From contig JBBDYJ010000032.1 in NCBI GenBank assembly GCA_040901675.1, positions 128,756-192,755 on the forward strand: a DNA stretch of 64,000 bases. The letters run 5' to 3'. Under the pieces are notes generated by a model. The model did not search any database. It was not told where the DNA came from and saw only the letters and a list, made by a program, of their open reading frames with translations. This DNA is from Pirellulales bacterium. GTDB taxonomy: Bacteria; Planctomycetota; Planctomycetia; Pirellulales; JAICIG01. Below, piece by piece: positions 29,980 through 41,295 of the stretch (position 1 is the first letter of the stretch; each line of letters opens with the position of its first letter). Position numbers and translations under genes: made by a program.

Positions 29980-30588
29980 TCATCCTACCGCGCGGTCTGG
30001 GCGGCGGCCACGAGTTGGTGTGGTCGAATCCGACCGCGGGTGCCGGCGCAGTTTGAACTGCCGGCGGGCGAACTGCGGGTCGGGCGACGCTACTCGGCCT
30101 CGGCGGGATCCTTGTTCGAGAAGTTCTTCTCCGACCATGACGTCGGCGATCAAGGTGGTGAAGTCCTGTGCCGGGTTGCAGACGTCCACGTCGCCGGAGA
30201 AGTGTCCCCCTTGGACGGCCTTTAACGTAAACCGGACTTCCAGGGCCTGTCCCGGCGGGACGCTGGTTCCAAAGCTCCAACTCATTTGGCCGAAAACATG
30301 CATCGTGCCTGTGGGCTCCGGAACGATCGCGACAACCTGGAAACCATCCAGGAACGCGTCGTCGATGTCGATGCTGTCGAGCGTGACCGCTTTATCGTGA
30401 GGGTTGGTGGTGGTGACCACCATGGTGAGCGTTTCGCCCAGCGTTGCTTCCGAGGGAAGCGAAAGCGAGGCATCGAGCTTGGGCAATTCCGTGAACAGCC
30501 AAACCGCGACGCCCAAGCCGATAACGACGGTGAACAGCAGGGCCGCACCCAGACAGCCGATCACGCCGATCACGATTTTGTTGTTCAT
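29980..30588 (-). CDS. Membrane-anchored protein with Ig-like domain
   Basis: N-terminal TM, then alternating beta pattern (LGETLTMVVTTTN...VPPGQALEVRFTLKA...GHFSGDVDV). Confidence 0.7.
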   Translation of the reverse strand: MNNKIVIGVIGCLGAALLFTVVIGLGVAVWLFTELPKLDASLSLPSEATLGETLTMVVTTTNPHDKAVTLDSIDIDDAFLDGFQVVAIVPEPTGTMHVFGQMSWSFGTSVPPGQALEVRFTLKAVQGGHFSGDVDVCNPAQDFTTLIADVMVGEELLEQGSRRGRVASPDPQFARRQFKLRRHPRSDSTTPTRGRRPDRAVG

Positions 30589-30618
30589 TTCCTGCCTTTC
30601 GAAGGCTCCGCGGGCACC

Positions 30619-30831
30619 AGCGGATGGGGAGGCACGCGAACACCTGTGGAAAACGCGGGGAAAACGGGGGTTGCGGCCGAAAGCGGCGCAGAAAGCGGCG
30701 CACCTGGCGCACAATCCGGACCCGCCGACCCCGATCTTGCCCGGCTGGTGGCCGCGTGGCCGACGCTGCCCGACGCGGTGCGGCGGTGCATTGTCGTGCT
30801 GCTGAACGACACGACGGGGGCGAAGGGCTGA
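30619..30831 (+). pseudogene. att-spanning C-terminal fragment (DPDLARLVAAWPTLP type)
   Basis: Frame reads through att: SGWGGTRTP...AESGAESGA...DPDLARLVAAWPTLPDAVRRCIV; recalled as typical of planctomycete att/integrase ends. Confidence 0.5.
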
Positions 30832-30965
30832 CGCCCCTCCCGGCTCGTCTACGTCTACGATATTGCCCATGACGCGACGTGCGGGAGCGCCAGTAGGAAC
30901 CCGCGGTATTCCCTGCCCGCGTGGGTGGGCGCGGCCCGCCTGCCCTAGGGACCGTCCCGAGGAGC

Positions 30966-31310
30966 TTAAGGTGTCTTCCTCTGGAGCGCCTGGATGAAAT
31001 ACATCAGGTTAGTGTGGATCACTTGTGCCTGCGGTACGATTTTGGGCGCCCATACAATGCCCTCCTTCGTCGTTTCAAACTGACGGTTGATCTTGTATGC
31101 AACCGCGTTCCACATCGACCACAGCTTGTCGCGGTAGCCGCCAATCCTGATGCTCTTCGCCAGATACCCCTGGGAGTAAATGCATAACCTGGCGTATTGG
31201 AGCGTTGGGCTTTCGAGGAGTTGCATGAAGTTGATGTCACCCTGGTCCATTTGGTAGGACTTCAGCCTGAAGTCGGCAATCATTCCCCTGGCAAGCTCAT
31301 CGCGCTCGCG
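30966..31310 (-). pseudogene. Fragment (or ~105-aa ORF from ATG 31283) of unknown island gene
   Basis: Protein-like, lower-GC ORF abutting the truncated kinase head-to-head. Confidence 0.45.
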
Positions 31311-31910
31311 CCCGCGTACCCGAAGGCCCAGCGCTTCAAGGTCCGTCAACATTCGGTCGATGCCGTCGGTGGAATCGTGTCCCGCCTAGCCGCGCTGCCG
31401 GATGCCCAGATGCAAACGGTTCCCGGTGGCATTGGAGGGGCGTTGGAAGTTTTCGTCGGATACGTCATGCTGGACGCCTGGATTGCCAACCAAGACCGGC
31501 ACCACGAGAATTGGGGAGCGCTTTGGGATGGCACGGCATTGCGACTGGCCCCAACATTCGATCATGGCGCGGCGCTGGCGCGGAATCTGCTGGACGATGA
31601 ACGACAAGACCGGATGACGAGCAAGGATCGAAACCGGACCGTTGCGGCCTTTGCGGCAAGGGGGCGAAGCGCGTTCTACGCTTCGCCCGACGATCAACGG
31701 CCGTTGGAGCTGCGCGAGACGTTTCGATCCTTTGCCCGCCAAGTTCCCCCTGCCGCACTGGCCTGGCTGGATCGCCTTCGAGCGGTGAAGCACGACGAAA
31801 TCTGGGGTATCCTAGAAGGAGTGCCCGTGTCTCGCATGACGGAGACGTGCAAGCGGTTCACGATGGAATTGCTGCTGACCAACCAACGGCGGTTGACTGA
31901 AGAGGATTGA
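31311..31910 (+). pseudogene. 5'-truncated HipA/CtkA-like kinase
   Basis: LDAWIANQDRHHENWG and LAPTFDHG catalytic motifs; no N-lobe (ATP-binding Lys / Gly loop) upstream. Confidence 0.8.
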
Positions 31911-31915
31911 ACGGC

Positions 31916-32671
31916 ATGAACTCACTATTCGTTGCCTGGCGTCCGCCCATGCCCGATCCGACTGGCTGGCGGCCCGTGGGGCGACTTGAACACGATGGCG
32001 AGCTCTACCGATTCTGGTACACGCGGGGTGCGCGGAAGCCCGGCTTTCGACCATTTGCGCAGATGGAGACCTTGGACCAAGTGTACGAGTCGGAAGAGTT
32101 GTTCCCCCTCTTCGCCAATCGGCTGTTGCCCAAGTCGCGGCCGGAATACGAAGCCTACCTGCGTTGGAGCGGCTTCCAAATCGCAAACCCACCCGATCCG
32201 ATTTTGGTCTTGGCCGTAACCGAAGGGATTCGGCAAACGGATGCAGTCGAAGTCTTCCCGTGTCCAACGCCCGATGCTGGCGGCTGCTATCTCAACAAGT
32301 TTTTTCTGCACGGCATTCGTTGGCTGCCCGCGCCTGCCGTTGAGCGGATTTCGCGATTGGCGCCCGGCGAACCCTTGAAGCTAATGCTTGACCTACAGAA
32401 TGATTACGATCCAAATGCCGTCGCGGTCCGCACGAAAGCCGACCGAATGCAAATCGGGTACGTCCCGCGCTACCTGGCGCATGACGTTTGGCAGCTTGTG
32501 GGAGGGTGTGGCGTGGAGTTTATCAAGCTGTCCGTGGATCGCGTCAATCCCGACGCCCCGCTGCACAACCGCGTGCTTTGCCGAATGCACGCTTGTTGGC
32601 CTGATGGCTTTCGACCGTGTAGCGGTGAAGATTTTGAGCCGATCCCGGCCGGCGTTCCAGCCAACTGCTAA
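31916..32671 (+). CDS. HipS-like (HipA N-terminal/Couple_hipA) + HIRAN domain protein
   Basis: VGRLEHDGELYRFWY...LFPLFANRLLP; C-terminal LKLMLDLQNDYDPNAVAV...IGYVPRYLA. Confidence 0.8.
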   Translation: MNSLFVAWRPPMPDPTGWRPVGRLEHDGELYRFWYTRGARKPGFRPFAQMETLDQVYESEELFPLFANRLLPKSRPEYEAYLRWSGFQIANPPDPILVLAVTEGIRQTDAVEVFPCPTPDAGGCYLNKFFLHGIRWLPAPAVERISRLAPGEPLKLMLDLQNDYDPNAVAVRTKADRMQIGYVPRYLAHDVWQLVGGCGVEFIKLSVDRVNPDAPLHNRVLCRMHACWPDGFRPCSGEDFEPIPAGVPANC

Positions 32672-32726
32672 TCCGCAAAACCCAATTGATTTTGGCGAAA
32701 CCCGCAGGGGTAAGGGGTGGTACGGA

Positions 32727-32882
32727 ATGGGCGGGTTTGGTAGCGGAAGCTGGTATCGGTGGGAGGGGAAGAAAGCAACCGTCGAAGAATCGCTGACCCT
32801 GGGGACGCGGGACTTTCGAGGGAGGCTGTACCCGCATTCGGCCGGCAAGTTCACTTGGACATTTGGCCGCGGTGCCGCTTGA
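32727..32882 (+). pseudogene. N-terminal fragment of an island hypothetical protein (MGGFGSG type)
   Basis: MGGFGSGSWYRW..KKATVEESL; stops after 51 aa at the att boundary. Confidence 0.5.
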
Positions 32883-32883
32883 G

Positions 32884-32970
32884 CGGATGGGGAGGGATTC
32901 GAACCCCCGGAGGACTTGCGCCCTCAGCAGTTTTCAAGACTGCCGCCTTAGACCACTCGGCCACCCATCC
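32884..32970 (-). tRNA. tRNA-Ser(TGA)
   Basis: rc GGATGGGTGGCCGAGTGGTCTAAGGCGGCAGTCTTGAAAACTGC...GGTTCGAATCCCTCCCCATCCG; long variable arm; CCA not encoded. Confidence 0.97.
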
Positions 32971-33011
32971 GGTTGTCGAGCCGCCCAGGCTCGCGCGGGC
33001 CGCTCGGGCCA

Positions 33012-33041
33012 ACTCTAGCAACGCCAGAGGCCGACTGTCAA
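33012..33041 (-). promoter_or_regulatory. sigma70-type promoter for tRNA-Ser
   Basis: TTGACA-N18-TAGAGT ~40 bp upstream of the tRNA. Confidence 0.6.
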
Positions 33042-33291
33042 ATCGGGCCGGTCCCGGGCCAGTCCCGGGCCAGCCTCCATGGAAAGGGAATCGCAGTACG
33101 CCGCCCGGGCTGCGGCCGCAGGACGAATGCCGAGCGTGCGAAGCCCGGCCGCCAGCGCGCTGGGTGCCGGCGGCCTCGACAACTCCAGCAACGCAGGAGC
33201 CCGCCGGCTGGAATGCGGCGCTGCGGCTGACTACGCTGGGGACGCGCGTAGGGGGCCATGGCTCAACCGTTGCAAACTGAGGGAACGCACC

Positions 33292-34146
33292 ATGAAAGAT
33301 CGCCTGCTGACAATCGCACTGTCGGTCGCGGCCACGATGGGTCTTACCAAGGCTGAATCCCGGCAGCCGAGGGAGCTCGACGTGGACCGCCTGATCGTGC
33401 GCAAGGAGCTGATCGTGTCGGACACGGGCCAACCGTGGGAAAAAGGCTTCGAAGAGCATCAACTGCCTCGCGGCGTCTACGCGCGTTCGCTCGGCGACGG
33501 AGTGGGCGGGCTGTGGGTCCGCAGCCGGTTGATCAAGGGAGAAATCGACGACCCGTTCGATGACCGCTTCCATGCGCTGGAGCGCGACGGCACCTTTCGA
33601 CAAGCGCCCGGGCATATCTCGTGGAACGTGTGGATGGACGGCGCCTGGCGGCAGATGGCCATCATCCAGGGCGAGGGGCTCGAGCTGTCCGAAGTGCCCC
33701 TGGAACAATGGAGCGGCCAAACCCATCCCGGCCGCATCCGCTTTCAAACTTTTCGGCCCGGACACGGCGAGCCATTGACCGACGCGATCATCGGTCAGGG
33801 CATGATGTCGATCGGCGGAGGCGGCTACGGGGGCGGAGGACTCCCCTACCCCAGCGAAGTTCTTCAGCTCTGGGGAGGCCGGTTGGAGCAGGCCGCGGTG
33901 CCGGCGCCGGCCGCGCCGACCGTGGTCGAGGACGATGGCTCAGGCGAGCATCACTACGCGATCGTGGCCGTCGGCGTGCAGGGTCGGCTGAGCCGGGCCT
34001 CGCCGGCGATCAAGGCCGAGGGCCTGGCCACGCTGCGCTGGGACAGCGTGGCGGGGGCCGACGCCTACGTTGTCGTGCGCGACGGCAAACAGATCGCCGG
34101 CCCGTTGCGCTTGGAGGGGTCGCAGAAGGAATGGACGGACCGGTAG
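33292..34146 (+). CDS. Secreted hypothetical protein with FN3-like C-terminus
   Basis: GAGGG RBS; signal peptide; YAIVAV..LRWDSVAGADAYVVVRDG. Confidence 0.75.
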   Translation: MKDRLLTIALSVAATMGLTKAESRQPRELDVDRLIVRKELIVSDTGQPWEKGFEEHQLPRGVYARSLGDGVGGLWVRSRLIKGEIDDPFDDRFHALERDGTFRQAPGHISWNVWMDGAWRQMAIIQGEGLELSEVPLEQWSGQTHPGRIRFQTFRPGHGEPLTDAIIGQGMMSIGGGGYGGGGLPYPSEVLQLWGGRLEQAAVPAPAAPTVVEDDGSGEHHYAIVAVGVQGRLSRASPAIKAEGLATLRWDSVAGADAYVVVRDGKQIAGPLRLEGSQKEWTDR

Positions 34147-34227
34147 GTGGCAGAAGCCGACCACCAAGGACGACGTTGGCGCTGGCCGGCACGTCTTGGC
34201 CACGAAGGGGCTTCCGTTCGGCGAATA

Positions 34228-34301
34228 ACCGGGCGGCAGCCCGAATTCTGGCGAATTCGGCTACACCGGGCGGCAGCCCGAATTCTGGCGAATTCGGCTA
34301 C
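34228..34301 (-). repeat. Two exact 37-bp tandem copies of a GTAG-REP (GTAGCCGAATTCGCCAGAATTCGGG)
   Basis: accgggcggcagcccgaattctggcgaattcggctac x2. Confidence 0.92.
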
Positions 34302-34454
34302 ACCTGGTCGTTGGGCCCGAAGTTGACCGTGCCGCGGATTCCTGCTAGAAACGAGGCCTCTGCCATGGCGGCGAAGCGGCCGGACGGGCTGGCCCAACGG
34401 TATAGAACAGCATGAAATCAGCGCCGCGCTTCGGCGCTTGGAAAGCGAGAACAC

Positions 34455-34646
34455 GTGGGCGGTATCAGCGAACGGGGCAAGGAAATCAAGCGGCGGCGGC
34501 ATCGCCGCAAGAAACTGGCGGCCTGGTCCAGAAGGCTCAAGAAGGCCACCGTCTCGGAACGCAATATGATCGCCGAGAAGATACGCCAGCTCACGCCGGG
34601 TGGCGAGGTGGTCATCCAGAACTGGCAACTCGCGACCGACCGGTAG
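34455..34646 (+). CDS. Small basic protein (DUF6800-like)
   Basis: ERGKEIKRRRHRRKKL...IAEKIRQLTPG. Confidence 0.75.
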   Translation: MGGISERGKEIKRRRHRRKKLAAWSRRLKKATVSERNMIAEKIRQLTPGGEVVIQNWQLATDR

Positions 34647-34698
34647 GGGCCGGACCAATGGGGTCCTGAACCGGCCTTGGACCCCATAAATGGGGTCA

Positions 34699-34702
<4 letters not shown>
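34643..34702. repeat. Inverted GTAG-REP doublet supplying both convergent TAG stops
   Basis: GTAGgggccggaccaatggggtcc...ggaccccataaatggggtcaCTAC. Confidence 0.85.
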
Positions 34703-37377
<2,675 letters not shown>

Positions 37378-37441
37378 CGGCCTCGGCCCTGTTCCTGGAA
37401 AAAGCAGTTCCTTAAAAGAACGGTTCCTTAAGAGACGGGGC

Positions 37442-39361
37442 TCATTCCTTGACCTCGAACTCGGCGTCGATCGTATCGTCGTCGGCCGCACCGCCCCGCG
37501 CGCCGCCATCGGCGCCATCGGCCCCCGGCGCGGCCGAAGCGGCCGTTGCCTTGGCGCCCGCTTCGTAGAGCGTCTTCGTCACGGCGTGCGAGGCCTGCTC
37601 CAGCTCCGCGATGGCGCTGCGGATGGCCTGCACGTCGCTGCCCTTGGCCACCTCGCGGGTCTTGGCCACGGCGGCCTCCAGCGGCGCCTTGTCGTTGGGC
37701 CCGAGCTTATCGGCGTGCTCCTTCATCAGCTTTTCCATCTGGAAGCACATCGACTCGGCCTGGTTGCGCGCCTCGGCGAGCTCGCGCTTCTGCTTGTCCT
37801 CGGCCGCGTGGGATTCGGCGTCCTTGCGCATCTTTTCGATCTCGGCTTCCGACAGGCCGCTCGACTGCTCGATACGGACCGTCTGCTCCTTGCCGGTGCC
37901 CAGGTCCTTGGCGGAGACGTTGAGGATGCCGTTGGCGTCGATGTCGAACTTGACCTCGATCTGCGGCACGCCGCGCGGCGCGGGCGCGATGCCTTCCAGG
38001 TTGAACTGGCCGAGCAGCCGGTTGTCGGCCGCCATCTCGCGTTCGCCCTGGAAGACCCGCACGGTGACCGCGGTCTGGTTGTCGTCGGCCGTGCTGAAGA
38101 CGTTCTTTTTCTCGGTGGGAATCGTGGTGTTGCGGTCGATGAGCCGGGTCATGATGCCGCCCAAGGTCTCGATGCCCAGCGACAAGGGCGTGACGTCCAG
38201 CAACAGCACGTCCTTGACTTCGCCGGCCAGCACGCCTCCCTGGATGGCCGCGCCCACGGCCACCACCTCGTCGGGGTTCACGCCCTTGTGGGGCTCCTTG
38301 TTGAACAGCTTCTTGACCAACTCCTGGACTTTCGGGATGCGGGTCGAGCCGCCCACCAGCACCACCTCGTCGATCTCGTGGGGCTGGAGCTTGGCGTCCT
38401 TCAGGGCCTGGAGCACCGGGCCGCGGCAGCGCTCGATCAAGTGATCGACCAACTGCTCGAACTTGGAGCGGCTGATGTTCATCTGCAAATGCTTGGGCCC
38501 GCTGGCGTCGGCGGTGATGAACGGCAGGTTGATGTCGGTGGTGCTCGACGAGCTCAGCTCTTTCTTGGCCTTCTCGCAGGCTTCCTGCAGCCGCTGCAGA
38601 GCCATCGTGTCCTTGCGCAGGTCGATGCCCTGCTCTTTCTTGAACTCGTCGGCCACGTAGTTGATGAGCACCTGGTCGAAATCGTCGCCGCCCAGGTGAG
38701 TGTCGCCGTTGGTGCTGATCACCCGGAACAGGCCGTCGTCGACCTGCAGGATTGACACATCGAACGTGCCGCCGCCCAGGTCGAAAACGACGATCTTCTC
38801 CGCCGTTTTCTTGTCCAAGCCGTAGGCCATGGCGGCGGCCGTCGGCTCGTTGATGATCCGGGCCACCTCCAGCCCGGCGATCTGCCCGGCATCCTTGGTT
38901 GCCTGGCGCTGGGCATCGTTGAAATAGGCCGGCACGGTGATCACTGCCTTGTTGATCTTGTGGCCCAAGTAGGCTTCGGCCGATTCTTTCAGCTTGCGGA
39001 GGATCTTGGCGGAGATTTCGGGCGGGGTGTACTCGTTGTCGCCGATCTTGACCTTCACGTAGTCCTGGGGTCCACCCACGATCTTGTAGGGCACCATCTT
39101 CTCTTCGGTCGCCACCTCGTTGTGGCGGCGGCCCATGAAGCGCTTGATCGAGGAGACCGTGCGGGTGGGGTTGGTGACGGCCTGGCGGCGGGCCGGCTCT
39201 CCCACGAGAACGTCGCCCTTGTCGGTAAAGGCCACAACGCTCGGCGTCAGGCGGTTGCCTTCCTGATTGGGGATGACTTTGGCATCGCCACCCTCCATGA
39301 CCGCCACGACCGAGTTGGTCGTTCCCAGGTCAATCCCGATAATCTTTTCGCCTTGTGCCAT
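37442..39361 (-). CDS. dnaK: Chaperone DnaK
   Basis: [48 protein letters not shown]. Confidence 0.98.
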   Translation of the reverse strand: MAQGEKIIGIDLGTTNSVVAVMEGGDAKVIPNQEGNRLTPSVVAFTDKGDVLVGEPARRQAVTNPTRTVSSIKRFMGRRHNEVATEEKMVPYKIVGGPQDYVKVKIGDNEYTPPEISAKILRKLKESAEAYLGHKINKAVITVPAYFNDAQRQATKDAGQIAGLEVARIINEPTAAAMAYGLDKKTAEKIVVFDLGGGTFDVSILQVDDGLFRVISTNGDTHLGGDDFDQVLINYVADEFKKEQGIDLRKDTMALQRLQEACEKAKKELSSSSTTDINLPFITADASGPKHLQMNISRSKFEQLVDHLIERCRGPVLQALKDAKLQPHEIDEVVLVGGSTRIPKVQELVKKLFNKEPHKGVNPDEVVAVGAAIQGGVLAGEVKDVLLLDVTPLSLGIETLGGIMTRLIDRNTTIPTEKKNVFSTADDNQTAVTVRVFQGEREMAADNRLLGQFNLEGIAPAPRGVPQIEVKFDIDANGILNVSAKDLGTGKEQTVRIEQSSGLSEAEIEKMRKDAESHAAEDKQKRELAEARNQAESMCFQMEKLMKEHADKLGPNDKAPLEAAVAKTREVAKGSDVQAIRSAIAELEQASHAVTKTLYEAGAKATAASAAPGADGADGGARGGAADDDTIDAEFEVKE

Positions 39362-39498
39362 GTGCGTTTTTGCTCCTTACAACCTTCCGCTCGTGATCCC
39401 CGGCAGGTTCGCAGCGACCCCATTCATGGGGCCGTCTTTGCCGCTCCGCACGACGGTGCACAAACTGGGCTAGTGCCCGTCAAACAGCAAGCTGGAAT

Positions 39499-39514
39499 AG
39501 CAAAGCTCATGCCA
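39499..39514 (-). promoter_or_regulatory. Putative sigma54 promoter of dnaK-clpB
   Basis: TGGCATGAGCTTTGCT vs TGGCACG-N4-TTGCW (1 mismatch), ~140 bp upstream of ATG. Confidence 0.7.
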
Positions 39515-39613
39515 CCCATCGGCAGGGCCATCGAAAATGCTTTCACGGCAGGGACTTGTAGCCGACCACGCTGGGCGCGCGACCGATGCGCTGGTTGGGT
39601 GGTTCCCCGGGTC

Positions 39614-39666
39614 TGCCATTTTGACACGGCATTTTGCGCGCCTAGCCCGGTGCTGCCATAATGACA
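39614..39666. promoter_or_regulatory. Paired palindromic sites TGCCA-N3-TGACA (putative enhancer/UAS)
   Basis: TGCCATTTTGACA 39614-39626 and TGCCATAATGACA 39654-39666, 40-bp period. Confidence 0.6.
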
Positions 39667-39673
39667 GAGGCGC

Positions 39674-39702
39674 TTGACACCCCTTCGGGCCGCCAGTACA
39701 AG
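39674..39702 (+). promoter_or_regulatory. sigma70-type promoter of pheA operon
   Basis: TTGACA-N17-TACAAG. Confidence 0.6.
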
Positions 39703-39767
39703 GGGCGAACGGCGCGCACCAGAAGCGATCTAGGTCATTGTCACGCCACAGCTTGAGAGAAATTGCG

Positions 39768-40865
39768 ATGGCCAAGGAGCCGCCCCCGCGAAGTGCGCGA
39801 AAACCAGCGCGGGGCGAGAGCGAAGCGAGCCTCAAGAACCAGTTGGAAAGGCTGGACCGCGAGCTCTTGAAGCTGTTCAACAGCCGTGCCAAGTTGATGG
39901 GGCAGCTCAGCCGAGTACACAGCGGCAATTCGCCCGCCGCCGAGCGTGACACCGACGTTCTCGCCCAGAACAAGGGACCGCTCACCAACGACTGCGTGCG
40001 CTCGGTCTTCAGGGAGCTCGACAGCGGAGCCCGGGCTCTGGAGAAACCGTTGCGCGTGGCCGTGTTGGGGCCGGCGTACAGCTACAGCCACCTGGCCGCC
40101 CTGGAGCGTTTCGGCAGCAGCGTCGAGCACGTGCCGGTGGCCAGCATCTCGGCCGTATTCGAGGAAGTGAACCGCGGGCACGCCAACTACGGTGTGGTGC
40201 CGGTCGAGAACTCGACCGACGGCCGGATCGCCGACACCCTCGATATGTTTACCCGGCTGCGCGTGCGGATTTGCGGCGAGGTGCAGTTGCGGATTCATCA
40301 TCACCTGCTCGGCAAGTGCCCGCGCAGCGAGGTGACTGAGGTATACAGCAGGCCGCAGGCCCTTTCGCAGTGCCGCAACTGGCTGATTCGGCACCTGCCG
40401 GCCGCCCGGCCGATCGAAGTGACCAGCACTTCGACCGCGGCCCAACTGGCGCAGAACAAGCAAGGGGCCGCGGCGATTGCCAGCGTGCAAGCCGGCGTAC
40501 ACTACGGCCTGGAGGTGCTGGCCGAGAACATCGAGGATAACCAGGCCAATGTGACGCGGTTTGCGATCATCGGGGACGAGTCGGCCACGCGGACGGGGCA
40601 CGACAAGACGGCGGCGATGTTCGAAGTAGAACACCGGCCGGGGTCACTGGCCGACGCCATGGCCATCTTCAAGCGCAACCGTTTGAACCTGACATGGATC
40701 GAATCGTTTCCGATCCCCCGCCAGGAGGGTGGCTACCTGTTTTTCATCGAGCTGGACGGGCACGAGAACGAAGTGCGGGTGCGGAGGGCCCTGGAGTCGC
40801 TGGGGAAGCGCGCGCTGCGGCTGGAGGTGCTCGGGTCGTATCCGCGCAGCCAGCCGGTCGGCTGA
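39768..40865 (+). CDS. pheA: P-protein: AroQ-like domain + prephenate dehydratase + ACT
   Basis: LGPAYSYSH, VPVENSTDG, QALSQCRNWL, NVTRF, NLTWIESFP. Confidence 0.93.
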   Translation: MAKEPPPRSARKPARGESEASLKNQLERLDRELLKLFNSRAKLMGQLSRVHSGNSPAAERDTDVLAQNKGPLTNDCVRSVFRELDSGARALEKPLRVAVLGPAYSYSHLAALERFGSSVEHVPVASISAVFEEVNRGHANYGVVPVENSTDGRIADTLDMFTRLRVRICGEVQLRIHHHLLGKCPRSEVTEVYSRPQALSQCRNWLIRHLPAARPIEVTSTSTAAQLAQNKQGAAAIASVQAGVHYGLEVLAENIEDNQANVTRFAIIGDESATRTGHDKTAAMFEVEHRPGSLADAMAIFKRNRLNLTWIESFPIPRQEGGYLFFIELDGHENEVRVRRALESLGKRALRLEVLGSYPRSQPVG

Positions 40866-40887
40866 ACGCGGTGGAGGGGGAGGCGAC

Positions 40888-41207
40888 TCGAGGTAGCAGG
40901 ACTCGCCAGAGTTCTGGTGACGGCCACGGCCCGAATTCTGGCGCTCTCCGGCTACCAGCGGGCGATAGCACCCCGCGCAGCACTGCTTCTTCCGCCTGCG
41001 GCGGACCGCGGCCGGCGTCCTGCGAAGCAGTGGCACACGATTCTTCGAGGTAGCGGGGCTCGCCAGAGTTCTGGTGACGGGCCACGGCCCGAATTCTGGC
41101 GAATCCGGCTACCAGCGGGCGATAGCACCCCGCGCAGCACTGCTTCTCGGACGCCGCGGCCGGCGTCCTGCGAAGCAGTGGCACACGATTCTGGCGAATT
41201 CGGCTAC
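40888..41207. repeat. BIME-like mosaic: ~157-bp unit (GTAG-REP doublet + CACTGCTT/AAGCAGTG element) x2 plus partial copy
   Basis: Units start tcgaggtagc at 40888 and 41045; cluster ends ggcgaattcggctac. Confidence 0.9.
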
Positions 41208-41295
41208 GGGCAGAGCCCTAGAGGGCAGGCGATCCGCGAATTTGGTACACTTCCAGCGGTACTATCGACCCGTTCACCCCTGATTCGGCCTGCCT

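Larger units (their letters stand above)
30619..32895. mobile_element. Decayed tRNA-Ser-integrated genomic island (no integrase left)
   Basis: 14-bp direct repeat AGCGGATGGGGAGG at 30619-30632 and 32882-32895 (tRNA 3' end); visibly lower GC; truncated genes. Confidence 0.8.

Noticed and set aside
31197..31310. N-terminus of the 237-aa kinase ORF as a genuine start
   Set aside because: Overlaps an opposite-strand ORF and shows no kinase N-lobe features; treated as a deletion junction.
40888..41207. Possible CRISPR array (also 34228-34301, 60377-60444)
   Set aside because: Intervening sequences are themselves repeated rather than unique spacers, only 2-3 units, no cas genes; these match dispersed REP families.
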